From NCBI GenBank assembly GCA_965261735.1, contig OZ253470.1:2272001-2336000 (forward strand): a DNA stretch of 64,000 nt, read 5' to 3'. The position numbers and the translations under genes are program-made. Below the pieces are notes generated by a model. The model saw only the letters and a list, made by a program, of their open reading frames with translations. It searched no databases and had not been told where the DNA came from. Shown here in pieces: positions 23,064-32,537 of this stretch. The first letter of the stretch is position 1. Each line of letters starts with the position of its first letter. Source of the stretch: Alphaproteobacteria bacterium (GTDB taxonomy: Bacteria > Pseudomonadota > Alphaproteobacteria > SHVV01).

Positions 23064-24443
23064 ATGCGGCTTGCGCTATTGGGACTGCTGTTGGCGATGA
23101 TCGCCGCGGCCGAGGCGCGCGCGGCGCCGCCGGTGGTGATCCTCGAGGTCAAGGGGCCGATCGGTCCCGCCACCAGCGACTACATTGGGCGCGGCCTCGA
23201 GACCGCGGACGAGCGCGGCGCCGGCCTCGTCGTCATTCGCATGGACACGCCCGGCGGGCTCGACACGTCGATGCGCGACATCATCCGCGACATCCTGGCC
23301 TCGCCGGTGCCGGTGGCGACCTTCGTCGCGCCAGGTGGCGCGCGCGCCGCGAGCGCCGGCACCTACATCCTGTATGCGAGCCACGTCGCAGCCATGGCGC
23401 CGGCCACCAATCTTGGCGCGGCGACGCCGATACAGATCGGCGGCATGCCGGGCGCGCCGCCCGTCGAGGAGGACGAAGAGGACGACGGCGCCGGCGGGAA
23501 GGTCGGCGAGACCGGGCTGCGCCAGGATGAGGAAGAAACTGCCGCCGCCCACCCGACGCTCGAAGACAAGATGGTCAACGACGCGGTCGCCTACATCCGT
23601 AGCCTCGCGCAAATGCGTGGGCGCAACGCGGAATGGGCGGTCAAGGCCGTCAACGAGGCCGCGAGCCTGTCCTCGGAGGACGCCGCCAAGCAGGGCGTCA
23701 TCGACCTCATCGCCGCCGATGTCGACGAGCTGTTGGAGAAAATACACGGGCGAAAGGTGAGCGTCCTCAACCGCGAGCGCGAGCTCGACACCGCCGACGT
23801 CGAGTTGATCGAGATTCTGCCCAATTGGCGCACCGAGCTGCTCGCGATCCTGACCAACCCGAACGTCGCCTACATCCTCATGATGGTCGGCTTCTACGGG
23901 ATCATCTTCGAGTTCTATAGCCCGGGCGCGATAGCGCCGGGGGTGATCGGCGCGATCTCGCTTGTGCTGGCCTTCTTCGCGCTCCAGGTCTTGCCCATCA
24001 ACTACGCGGGCCTCGGCCTGATCGTCCTCGGCATCGCGTTCATGACGGCGGAGGCCTTCTTGCCCTCCTTCGGGATCCTTGGTATCGGCGGGCTCTCCGC
24101 CTTCGTCATCGGCTCGGTCATGCTGCTCGACACCGACATCCCGGGCTACGGCATTGCCTGGCCCCTGATCACCGCGGTCGCGGGAACCTCCGCGGCGTTC
24201 TTCCTCTTCGTATTGGCGATGGCGGCGCGCGCCCAACGGCGCCCGGTCGTGAGCGGGCGCGAGGACATGATCGGTAGCGTCGCCCGCGTCGCCGATTGGG
24301 ACGACGGCCGCGGCCACGTGCGCGTACGGGGTGAATCGTGGCGCGCCGAAGGGAGTGAGCGGATGGAGCCCGGCGCCGAGGTGCGCATCGTCGCGATGCA
24401 GGGCCTCACGCTGAGGGTCGAGCCCGCCGAGGGGAAAGGATAG
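23064..24443 (+). CDS. nfeD: NfeD-family membrane-bound ClpP-class protease
   Basis: [30 protein letters not shown] bundle, C-terminal OB fold (GESWRA). Confidence 0.9.
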   Translation: MRLALLGLLLAMIAAAEARAAPPVVILEVKGPIGPATSDYIGRGLETADERGAGLVVIRMDTPGGLDTSMRDIIRDILASPVPVATFVAPGGARAASAGTYILYASHVAAMAPATNLGAATPIQIGGMPGAPPVEEDEEDDGAGGKVGETGLRQDEEETAAAHPTLEDKMVNDAVAYIRSLAQMRGRNAEWAVKAVNEAASLSSEDAAKQGVIDLIAADVDELLEKIHGRKVSVLNRERELDTADVELIEILPNWRTELLAILTNPNVAYILMMVGFYGIIFEFYSPGAIAPGVIGAISLVLAFFALQVLPINYAGLGLIVLGIAFMTAEAFLPSFGILGIGGLSAFVIGSVMLLDTDIPGYGIAWPLITAVAGTSAAFFLFVLAMAARAQRRPVVSGREDMIGSVARVADWDDGRGHVRVRGESWRAEGSERMEPGAEVRIVAMQGLTLRVEPAEGKG

Positions 24444-24447
24444 GACG

Positions 24448-25236
24448 ATGTCCATCGCCATTTACGTGTACGGCGCGCTCGCCATCCTCGTCCTACTGCT
24501 GGTCCTACTGAGCCTGCGCGTGCTGCGCGAGTATGAGCGCGGCACCATCTTCCTGCTCGGCAAGTTCTGGAAGGTCAAGGGCCCGGGCCTCATCATCGTC
24601 ATTCCCATCATCCAGCAGATGGTGCGCGTCGACCTGCGGACCGTCGTGCTCGACGTGCCGACCCAGGACGTGATCTCGCGCGACAACGTCTCGGTCAAGG
24701 TCAACGCCGTCATCTATTACCGGGTGGTCGACCCGCAGAGCGCGATCATTCAGGTCGAGCATTTTCAGGCAGCGACCAGCCAGCTCGCGCAGACGACGCT
24801 GCGCTCGGTGCTCGGCCAGCACCATCTCGATGAGATGCTGGCCGAGCGCGACAAGCTCAACACCGACATCCAGCAAATCCTCGACGAACATACCGATGCC
24901 TGGGGGATCAAGGTCTCGAACGTCGAGATCAAGCACGTCGACCTCAACGACAGCATGGTCCGCGTCATCGCCAAGCAGGCGGAGGCCGAACGCATCCGGC
25001 GCGCCAAGATCATCGACGCCGAAGGCGAGTTCCAGGCCGCCACCAAGCTGTTGGAAGCCGCGGAGATCCTGTCGGCACGGCCCCAGGCGATGCAGCTGCG
25101 CTATCTCAGCGCGCTCGCCAACATTGCCGGCGAGAAGAGTTCGACCATCGTCTTTCCGCTGCCCATCGACCTCATCAGCGGCCTTTCGCGGATAGGCGGC
25201 GGTGGCGGTGGCGATACCGGCCCCGAGGCCACGTAA
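24448..25236 (+). CDS. Stomatin-like SPFH (slipin) protein
   Basis: [29 protein letters not shown]; canonical partner of nfeD. Confidence 0.95.
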   Translation: MSIAIYVYGALAILVLLLVLLSLRVLREYERGTIFLLGKFWKVKGPGLIIVIPIIQQMVRVDLRTVVLDVPTQDVISRDNVSVKVNAVIYYRVVDPQSAIIQVEHFQAATSQLAQTTLRSVLGQHHLDEMLAERDKLNTDIQQILDEHTDAWGIKVSNVEIKHVDLNDSMVRVIAKQAEAERIRRAKIIDAEGEFQAATKLLEAAEILSARPQAMQLRYLSALANIAGEKSSTIVFPLPIDLISGLSRIGGGGGGDTGPEAT

Positions 25237-25261
25237 CGCGCCCACCATTCGCTCGCGCGCC

Positions 25262-25731
25262 ATGCGCTGCTTCTTCTATGGCACGCTGATGGACGCGAAT
25301 GTCGCGGCCGTCGTCCTGGGGCGCGCCGCGCCGCGCCGGTATGGCGCCCGGCCGTACTCTGGGGGTACGTCCGCCGCGGCGTCGTTGGGGCGACCTACCC
25401 GGCCCTTGCGCCGCGCCGCGGCCATGCGGTCCACGGCATCTTTGCCGCCGGACTCTCGGCCGGGGATTTGAGCCGCCTGCGCTATTTCGAGGGCGGGCGG
25501 GAGTATTCGTCCCATACCCGCCGTGTCGTCTTTGCCGATGGCGACGTGACGCGCGCCACCGTGTTCCTACCGACGCGCACCGTCAAGCTCGACCGCCGCG
25601 GCTGGGATTTCGCCCCCTGGCAGGTCAATGGGAGGGCCGCGTTCGTCAAGGAAGCGCGCGCCCACATGGCGCGCTACCGCGCGCGGCCGGTTACCCGCGT
25701 CGGCGCCTTGCCGCGCACTGCGCACCGATAA
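25262..25731 (+). pseudogene. Gamma-glutamylcyclotransferase (AIG2-like), frameshifted
   Basis: FFYGTLMD in one frame; PAVLWGYVRRGVVGATYPAL..LRYFEG..EY in the next; shift near 25325-25345. Confidence 0.75.
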
Positions 25732-25739
25732 ACCCCGAC

Positions 25740-26225
25740 ATGGCCGAGCCCACGAGACCAGCGCCCAGGCTGCCGGCTCTCGATCCGGCGACCGTGACGG
25801 AGCGCAAGGGCTCCGCATACCCGGCGCCGTTCCGCGAGCGCGCCGCCGGGCACAGCAAGCGGGCGCTCGGCGATGCGGCGGGGCTGACCAATTTCGGGGT
25901 CAACCTGGTGACGCTGGCGCCCGGCGCCGCGTCTTCGGTGCGCCATTGGCATGCCCGGCAGGATGAGCTCGTCTACGTGCTCGAGGGCGAGATCTCACTG
26001 GTGACCGATGCCGGCGAGCAGCCGCTCGGCCCGGGCATGGCGGCGGGCTTTCCGGCCGGCCGCGCGGACGGCCACCATCTTGTCAACCGTACGAAGGCCG
26101 CGGCGAGCTACCTCGAGATCGGCGATCGCTCGCCGGGCGATGCGGTGACTTACCCGGACGACGATCTCGAGGCGCGCCAGGCCGCGAGCTGGCGCTTCGC
26201 GCACAAGGACGGCACGCCTTACTGA
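25740..26225 (+). CDS. Cupin-domain protein
   Basis: GLTNFGVNL, RHWHARQDE, GHHLVN, YPDDDL. Confidence 0.9.
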   Translation: MAEPTRPAPRLPALDPATVTERKGSAYPAPFRERAAGHSKRALGDAAGLTNFGVNLVTLAPGAASSVRHWHARQDELVYVLEGEISLVTDAGEQPLGPGMAAGFPAGRADGHHLVNRTKAAASYLEIGDRSPGDAVTYPDDDLEARQAASWRFAHKDGTPY

Positions 26226-27016
26226 GGCGGCGCAGGCGCGCCGCCGACCGCAGCGAGCGCCCGCGCCGCCGGCGCCGCCGGCGTCGCCGCTATCTCGAGC
26301 ACGAGCTTGCGCCGGATCGCTTCGGCGAACTGTGCCCGCGTCTCGGCGGTCTCGACGAAGGCGCCGAAGCCGCCGATCACGTCACGCGCGTAGTGCGTCT
26401 CGAGCGGGATGCCACCAGGTCCGCGATAGGTACCGCCCGGCGATTTGATCACCAGGGCGTTGATGGTGATGTCGAGATCGAGGGCGGCCGCGCGCACCAA
26501 GGCGAGCGGCGGCCCGTTGATCTGGGGCCCGTCGCCGGAGATGTCGATGATCTTGCGCGCAGCCCTGAAATCGTTGCTCTCGATGAGGCTTGCGGCGTGA
26601 ACGATGGCGGCGCTGATCGAGTTGTAGCCGCCGGCGACGCGCGGCGCCAAAATCAGCCTATCGGCGAAGACCGCGGCGGAAGCGGCGTCGCGAATGACCA
26701 TCCAGTCGACGATGGTATGAACCGATGTCGGCGCGGCCCACTCGACATAGGCGATCGCGATCGCCTGGCTGTAGCCGGACAGTATCGCGCCGAGAACGTC
26801 CGGATGGGTGATCGCCTCAGCGTAGCCCGCCCGCTGCAGGCTGAACTCGGCCGCATCCATCGAGCCCGACCCGTCGGCCGCCAGCACGAGTTCGAGGTCG
26901 ACGCGCTCGGCCGCCTGCGCGGCGCTCAGCGCCAGCGCCAGGATGGCCAAGGCAGCGACAAAGGCTCGGCCCACGGTGCGGATCCTGGTACCCGATTGTG
27001 CAGGACAGCGGCTCAT
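26219..27016 (-). CDS. DUF1194 (vWA-like) secreted protein
   Basis: VDLELVLAADGSGS, IDISGDG, VIGGFGAFV, KLVLEIA. Confidence 0.9.
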   Translation of the reverse strand: MSRCPAQSGTRIRTVGRAFVAALAILALALSAAQAAERVDLELVLAADGSGSMDAAEFSLQRAGYAEAITHPDVLGAILSGYSQAIAIAYVEWAAPTSVHTIVDWMVIRDAASAAVFADRLILAPRVAGGYNSISAAIVHAASLIESNDFRAARKIIDISGDGPQINGPPLALVRAAALDLDITINALVIKSPGGTYRGPGGIPLETHYARDVIGGFGAFVETAETRAQFAEAIRRKLVLEIAATPAAPAARALAAVGGAPAPPQ

Positions 27017-27023
27017 CTTTCGT

Positions 27024-27124
27024 CCCCCTCCCCCTACCCCCTCCCACCAGGGGGAGGGGGATTTAGGGTGCGAGGTCCGGTTCTTGGCCCTCCCCCTTGA
27101 TGGGGGAGGGTGGGGAGGGGGTGA
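27024..27124. repeat. REP-like inverted doublet, copy A
   Basis: Tail + hairpin (27037-27060), 27-bp spacer, hairpin CCCTCCCCC-TTGAT-GGGGGAGGG (27088-27110) + tail. Confidence 0.9.
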
Positions 27125-27141
27125 CACGCAGACCCCAGGCA

Positions 27142-27428
27142 CTATTCGTGCATGACGAAGGTGTTGCCGTCGGGGTCCTTGAACTGGGCCATCAGTCCAC
27201 CCCACGGCTGGCGCGTGGGCGGCTCGGAGAACTCGACGCCGCGGCGCGCGAGCTCGGCGCAGGTTTCCTCGATGTCGGGCGCGGAGAAGACGATATTGGC
27301 GAAGCCGCCGATACGCTCCTTCATGCCGGGCGGCGTGAATAGCGCGAGCGAGGTCTCGGCGCCCGGGGGCCTGACCTGCAGCCAGCGCTGGCCGTCGCCG
27401 AAGGGGTTGTCGGCCACGAGCTCGAACC
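27142..27428 (-). pseudogene. VOC/glyoxalase protein, 5' end lost at IS junction
   Basis: GFELVADNPFG..RWLQV..QPWGG..FKDPDGN; frame begins inside IS sequence. Confidence 0.8.
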
Positions 27429-28517
27429 CGCCCATGACCGCTACATGTAGGGTGCCGCCACTCTCCCGAGTAAAGCTCGGCATAGGTTGGAGCAGAGGTG
27501 TCGCCCGCGATGCCGAGCAATGAGCGGAAGGCGTTGAACGGGTAGAACCGCCTGTTGAAGCGGAAGGTGAACTCGTTGAGGTAGGCTTGTAGGTGCTGGT
27601 GGCTAACGCCGTGGTGAGATACCGATCAGCCACGTCTTCAGGTTGGCGAAAACCAGATGGATGATCGGCAGGTATTGCTCGGCAACCTCTGGATCACCAC
27701 ACTCGGCAACAGCGAAGTGCTCATAGCCGCGCTTACCGAGGCCAGCATAGCCGCTCCAATCGTCAGTAACGATCAGCGATCGCGGCGCGACGGTGCTCTC
27801 GACGAACCCACAGAGCGACTCGGCGCTACGGTCGAGCACGACGGCGAGCCGAACGCGTCCGGCATAGCGTCCGTCTTTCCGGTTGTCGAGCTTGGTGCCC
27901 GGCTTTCGATGACGCACCTCGATGGCACAGGAGACGGGAACCTTGTGGTGAACACCACGGCCTTCCCCACGCGTTCGCCCGCCAACCCAGGTTTCGTCCA
28001 CCTCAACATGGTTCTTGGGCTGTCCACCGATCCTGTCTTGGTTGGGCCGCACCATGCCCGAGCGGAGCTTGTGGAGAATTTGAAAGGCCGTCTCGTAGCG
28101 CGAAAGACCAAGTTGCCGCTGAAACTGCACGGCGGACATGCCGGGCGTCTGACTGGCGACCAGATAAGCGGCCCAGAACCAGACGTTCAGCGGAGTGTGG
28201 CTACGCTCCATCACTGTTCCCACCGTCAGCCCGGTGTTCTGGCGGCACTTGCGGCAGCGCAGGACGCCAGGGCGGTTTTCAAAGTGGAACGGCTCTCCCG
28301 CCGTGCCGCAGTGCGGGCAGGCAAAGCCGTCTCCCCAGCGGGCTTTCTCCAGGTAGGCGGCGCAGGCCGCATCATCGGGGAAAAGTCGCTGGAACTCGGG
28401 TAGCGAATGCGGGAATGGGAGATCGGCGCGGTCGAGAACATCCATGGCGCGCTCCCCTATATCCGGGTTGCGCCCATTCTAGCCCTAGTGGGTGTGGGTG
28501 TAAACCGGATAGGTAAG
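27429..28517 (-). mobile_element. IS1595 element B, copy lacking right IR; transposase frameshifted
   Basis: Near-identical to 53169-54266; left IR at 28503-28517; +1 base near 27617; terminal 17 bp missing. Confidence 0.95.
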
Positions 28518-28713
28518 GATGGTTCGTCCTCCCAGCACCAATGTTGGCGCAGCGAATGTGCCTCGGGGTAGGGTGGCGCGCAACGGCGACGCCTCTGCCA
28601 CGATCCCTTCAGCCACGGCCGACCTGCAATTGTTGGGTGCAGCTTGGACGCCACTTTGGTTGCCGCGCTCTCCTCGTACCTGGTTGCACCGGAATGTGCT
28701 TCACGACGTCTCT

Positions 28714-28814
28714 CCCTTCCCCTGGCTCCCACCTTTCCGCAGAGGAGGGGGAATCATGGTGCGATCTCATTCTCTTAGCCCTCAGCGCTGGTCGAGAGGG
28801 TTGGGTGGTGGTGA
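28714..28814. repeat. REP-like inverted doublet, decayed copy D
   Basis: GGAGGGGG + 27-bp spacer AATCATGGTGCGATCTCATTCTCTTAG + CCCTC..GAGGG TTGGGTGGTGGTGA aligns with copies A-C. Confidence 0.7.
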
Positions 28815-28852
28815 TCTGTGGACTTCCGTGAGCCAGGATTACGGCGCCGGAC

Positions 28853-30046
28853 ATGACTGACGACCCGAGCGGCTTCCTGCCGCACACCGACGCCGCGGCC
28901 GCCTCGCGCGAGCGCACGCTCGGCCTCATCGCCGTCATCGCCAGCATCGCCATCGTCAGCGTGACCTTCGGGATCACCTCACCGCTGCTGTCCATCCTTC
29001 TCGAGCGCCAGGGAGTCGACAGCGTCCTGATCGGTATGACCGCGTCCTGTTCGGCGGCAGGTTTCATCACGTTCGCGCCCCTGCTGCCGCGAGCGGTCCG
29101 CCGCTTCGGTACCGCCAACGTCATGCTCGGCTGCATCGCCGCGGTGCTCTTTGCACTCATCCTCCTGCCGCTGTTCCCCAACGTGTGGGCGTGGGCGGCC
29201 ATCCGGTTCTTCTATGGCATCTGCAGTGGCGGCCTATTCGTCGTCAGCGAAACCTGGATCAACCAGCTCGCCCCGGCGGCGACGCGCGGCCGGGTGCTTG
29301 GCCTTTACGTCATGTCGATGTCGATCGGGCTCGCGCTTGGGCCCCTCGTCCTGTGGGCCATGGGAACGGACACAACGGCGCCGTTCTTCGCCGCCATGCT
29401 CGTCGTCGTGGTCGGCGCCGTTCCGGTCGTGCTCGCGCGGCGGTCGGCGCCACGCATCGCCGCGCGCCCAACAGCGCCGCTGTGGCGTTTCCTGCGCATC
29501 GCACCGACCGGCACCTTTGCCGGCCTCGTCCTCGGTTTCGTCGAAACGAGCGTGCTGTCGCTACTGCCGCTGTACGCGCTGCGCAGCGGGTTTCCACCTG
29601 GTATGGCCGCCGTCCTGATTTCGGTCTTCACCGCCGGCGCCATCGTCATTCCGCCGTTCTTCGGTTGGCTCGGTGACCGCATCGCGCTGCGCAGCGCGTC
29701 CTTTCTCGCGGCCCTGATCGCGGGCCTGTCGATCGCGAGTTTCCCTCTGGTCACCGGCTCGCCGCTGCTGTGGGTCGCCGCCTTCATCTGGGGCGGCGCC
29801 GCGACCTCGATCTACTCGCTCGGGCTCACGCTGCTCGGCGAAAGATTTCGCGGCGCCGATCTCGTAGCGGTCAACGCGGTCATGATCTTCATGTATTCGA
29901 TCGGCTCGCTGAGCGGAGCGATCTTGACGGGCGCTGCGATGGACATCTGGGGCACGAGGGCCTACCCCGGCTTCTTGGCGGTGGTGTGCCTGTCCTACGC
30001 GCTGCTCGTCGGGGTGCGCCGGATGACCCACGGCAAACGAGGTTAG
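28853..30046 (+). CDS. MFS transporter
   Basis: About 12 TM; SETWINQ..RGRVLGLY; GWLGDRI. Confidence 0.9.
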   Translation: MTDDPSGFLPHTDAAAASRERTLGLIAVIASIAIVSVTFGITSPLLSILLERQGVDSVLIGMTASCSAAGFITFAPLLPRAVRRFGTANVMLGCIAAVLFALILLPLFPNVWAWAAIRFFYGICSGGLFVVSETWINQLAPAATRGRVLGLYVMSMSIGLALGPLVLWAMGTDTTAPFFAAMLVVVVGAVPVVLARRSAPRIAARPTAPLWRFLRIAPTGTFAGLVLGFVETSVLSLLPLYALRSGFPPGMAAVLISVFTAGAIVIPPFFGWLGDRIALRSASFLAALIAGLSIASFPLVTGSPLLWVAAFIWGGAATSIYSLGLTLLGERFRGADLVAVNAVMIFMYSIGSLSGAILTGAAMDIWGTRAYPGFLAVVCLSYALLVGVRRMTHGKRG

Positions 30047-30161
30047 GCGCGCGGGCGGGCCTTCTCACGCTTGCCCTAGCTCGGCGCTGCCGGCTCGTGT
30101 ACAAAGTCGGGCGCGCGCCGGGCGGCGCCATAATCCGAGCGATAGGAAGGCAGGGAGCGAG

Positions 30162-31178
30162 ATGGAGTACGGACTGATGATGCGCGGACAGTACGCGCAA
30201 GGCGATGACATGCATGCGCGTTTTCACGAGCTGTTGGCGCAGATCCGGCTCGCCGACAAGCTCGGGTTCAACTCCTACGTCATGGGCCAGCACTACAGCA
30301 CCAGCCCCCTGCAAATGCTGCAGCAGGCGCCTTTCATGGCGCGCGCCATCGCCGAGGCGCCCTCGATGCGGGTCGTCGCCGGCATCGTCCTGATCCCGTT
30401 GCACAAGCCGCTCGACATCGCCGAGCAGCACGCGACCATCGACGTGATGTCGAACGGCAAGCTCATCTTCGGCGCCGGCCTCGGCTATCGCGAGGTCGAG
30501 TTCCGCGCCTTCGGCACCACCCAGAAGGATGCCGGCGCACGCCTCGAGGAGGGACTGGTCGCGATCAAGCGGCTGTGGACCGAGGACACCGTGGACATGG
30601 TGGGCTCGCACTTCGAGCTCAAGGGCGCCTCGGTCTCGGTGCGGCCGATCCAGAAGCCCCATCCCCCCATCTGGATCGGTGCCAACGCCGACAGCGCGAT
30701 CCGCCGTGCGGCGCAGATCTCCGACGCCTGGTACGTCAATCCGCACAACCGATTGGACACCATCGAACGCCAGGTGGAGGTCTACAAGCGGGCGCTCGAT
30801 GACGCCGGCAAGCCCTTCCCGGCCGAGTTCCCGATGATGCGCGAGGTCTTCGTGGCACCGACGCGCGAGGAGGCGATCCGCAACTGCGCGCCGACGCTCG
30901 GGACCAAGTACAAGGCCTACCACCAGTGGGGCCAGGACAAGGTCATGCCCAAGGGCGACGACAATTTCGACCTCGAGTTCGAGGAGCTAACGAAGGACCG
31001 CTTCCTGCTCGGCGCGCCCGACGAGGTCGCCGAGCAGATCATCGGGCTCGCCAAGCGCTTCGGCGTCACCCACACCGTGCTCGGCATCCAGTTCCCCGGC
31101 ATGGCGCAGAGCCTGATCACCGAACAGATGGAGCTGCTCGCGGCCGAGGTCTTCCCCAAGGTCGAGCAGGGACTGTAG
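30162..31178 (+). CDS. LLM-class (luciferase-like) oxidoreductase, possibly F420-dependent
   Basis: PLDIAEQ, GLGYREVEF, PPIWIGA; near the F420 operon. Confidence 0.85.
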   Translation: MEYGLMMRGQYAQGDDMHARFHELLAQIRLADKLGFNSYVMGQHYSTSPLQMLQQAPFMARAIAEAPSMRVVAGIVLIPLHKPLDIAEQHATIDVMSNGKLIFGAGLGYREVEFRAFGTTQKDAGARLEEGLVAIKRLWTEDTVDMVGSHFELKGASVSVRPIQKPHPPIWIGANADSAIRRAAQISDAWYVNPHNRLDTIERQVEVYKRALDDAGKPFPAEFPMMREVFVAPTREEAIRNCAPTLGTKYKAYHQWGQDKVMPKGDDNFDLEFEELTKDRFLLGAPDEVAEQIIGLAKRFGVTHTVLGIQFPGMAQSLITEQMELLAAEVFPKVEQGL

Positions 31179-31208
31179 GGACGGCTCGCAGCGAACGCGG
31201 CCCGGCAA

Positions 31209-32460
31209 TCACTCCGCGGTCGGGTTGAGGAACTTCGTTCGGTACTCCTCGGGAACGAAGAACAGGTGGTCCTGTTGATCGCCCGCCGCGATGTGACACT
31301 CGCCACAGAATTCGACGCGCTCCGAGCCCTCACCGCCCGTCGTTCCGAACAGGCTGCCGTCGGGCATGATCATGGTGTAGCGCCAGTCGCGAAACCGCGG
31401 GCTGAAGCCCGGCGGCATCTTTTCCATGAGCGATAGCGGCGCGGACAGGACGTCACCGCGCTCGGTTACCTCGAAGGCATCCTTGGCCAGTACCGAGCCG
31501 ATGGGTAGGGTTCCGGCCTCCTCCGCCTTGCCGTAGTCGATGGCCGCTGAATTGGCGTAGTTGTTGACGTAACGCTCGCCGTGCGTCGCCGACAAGTAGG
31601 GCGCTACGTTGTAGCGGCGCCACGTGCGGTAGACCTCCGCGAAGGGGTCTCCCGACTTGCCGTAGGCGGCCACCATGTCCTCGAGGATACGGTCGTAGAT
31701 GACGAGGGCGTCAGCACCCGCGAGGTCGGCGGGCCGCTCGACGCGGAAATGCCGCGTCGGACGCGCGACCTGCGGGAAAGCTCCGCCGTCGTCGGACGCC
31801 CCTTCCCGTAGCGGCGCGCCGAGCCACAGCGCGGCCCCGACGCCGGCGGCGGCGATGACGACCACCGCGACAGCGATCAGCGCGAGCCACGGCCGATCCT
31901 TGCCCTACACGCCGATCAACTAGCCCGCGGCCTCGGGAGCCGTGAGGACGCGGTAGACGACGACCGGCTCGGCGATGTTCTTGACCGCGTGTTCACCCAT
32001 CTGCTCGAAGCCGAGCGAGACCCTGTTCCTGATCTGCTGATAGACGCTGTCGGAGATGCAGATACCGCCGGCAGGGGCGAGCTCCTGGAGCCGCGCGGCG
32101 ATGTTCACGCCGTCGCCGAACAGGTTCTCGCCTTCCACCATGACGTCGCCGAGGTTGATGCCGATACGCAGGCGCATGCGCCGCTCCTCGGGAACCTCGG
32201 CGTTCCACTCCTCAAGCTCGGCCTGAATCTCGGCGGCGCAACGGACCGCTTCGACGGGGCTCATGAACTCGCCCATCATGCTGTCGGCCATGAGGCCGAA
32301 GGGCCGGCCCTCGTGCTGGCGCACCCGCCGCTCGACGATCTCCCGCACGCTGTGCAGTGCGCGCAGGGTGCCCTCGTCGTCCGCGCCCATGAGACGGCTA
32401 TAGGACCACGTCGGCCGCCAGGATCGCCGCCAGCTTGCGGCGCACGCCCTCTTCCGCCAT
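31209..32460 (-). pseudogene. Class III nucleotide cyclase - TM - cytochrome P460-family heme c fusion, inactivated
   Basis: RKLAAILAADVV[2-bp loss near 32403]YSRLMG..GDGVNIAARLQ; the same frame continues through TAG 31920-31922 and TAG 31905-31907 into a TM helix and GSVLAKD..DWRY..CGECH. Confidence 0.75.
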
Positions 32461-32537
32461 CCAGGTCTCCCGTAGTGGAGGCGCAGCTTAACGACGCCGC
32501 CCGGCGTTATCCATACCGGCCTCGGGCGCCGTAGGGG

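Noticed and set aside
28518-28713. Small ORFs right of the IS
   Set aside because: No recognisable motif or codon bias; probably decayed sequence.
31905-31922. TAG recoding or read-through in the cyclase-P460 gene
   Set aside because: Many intact genes here end in TAG, no recoding machinery is visible, and the same gene also has a frameshift.
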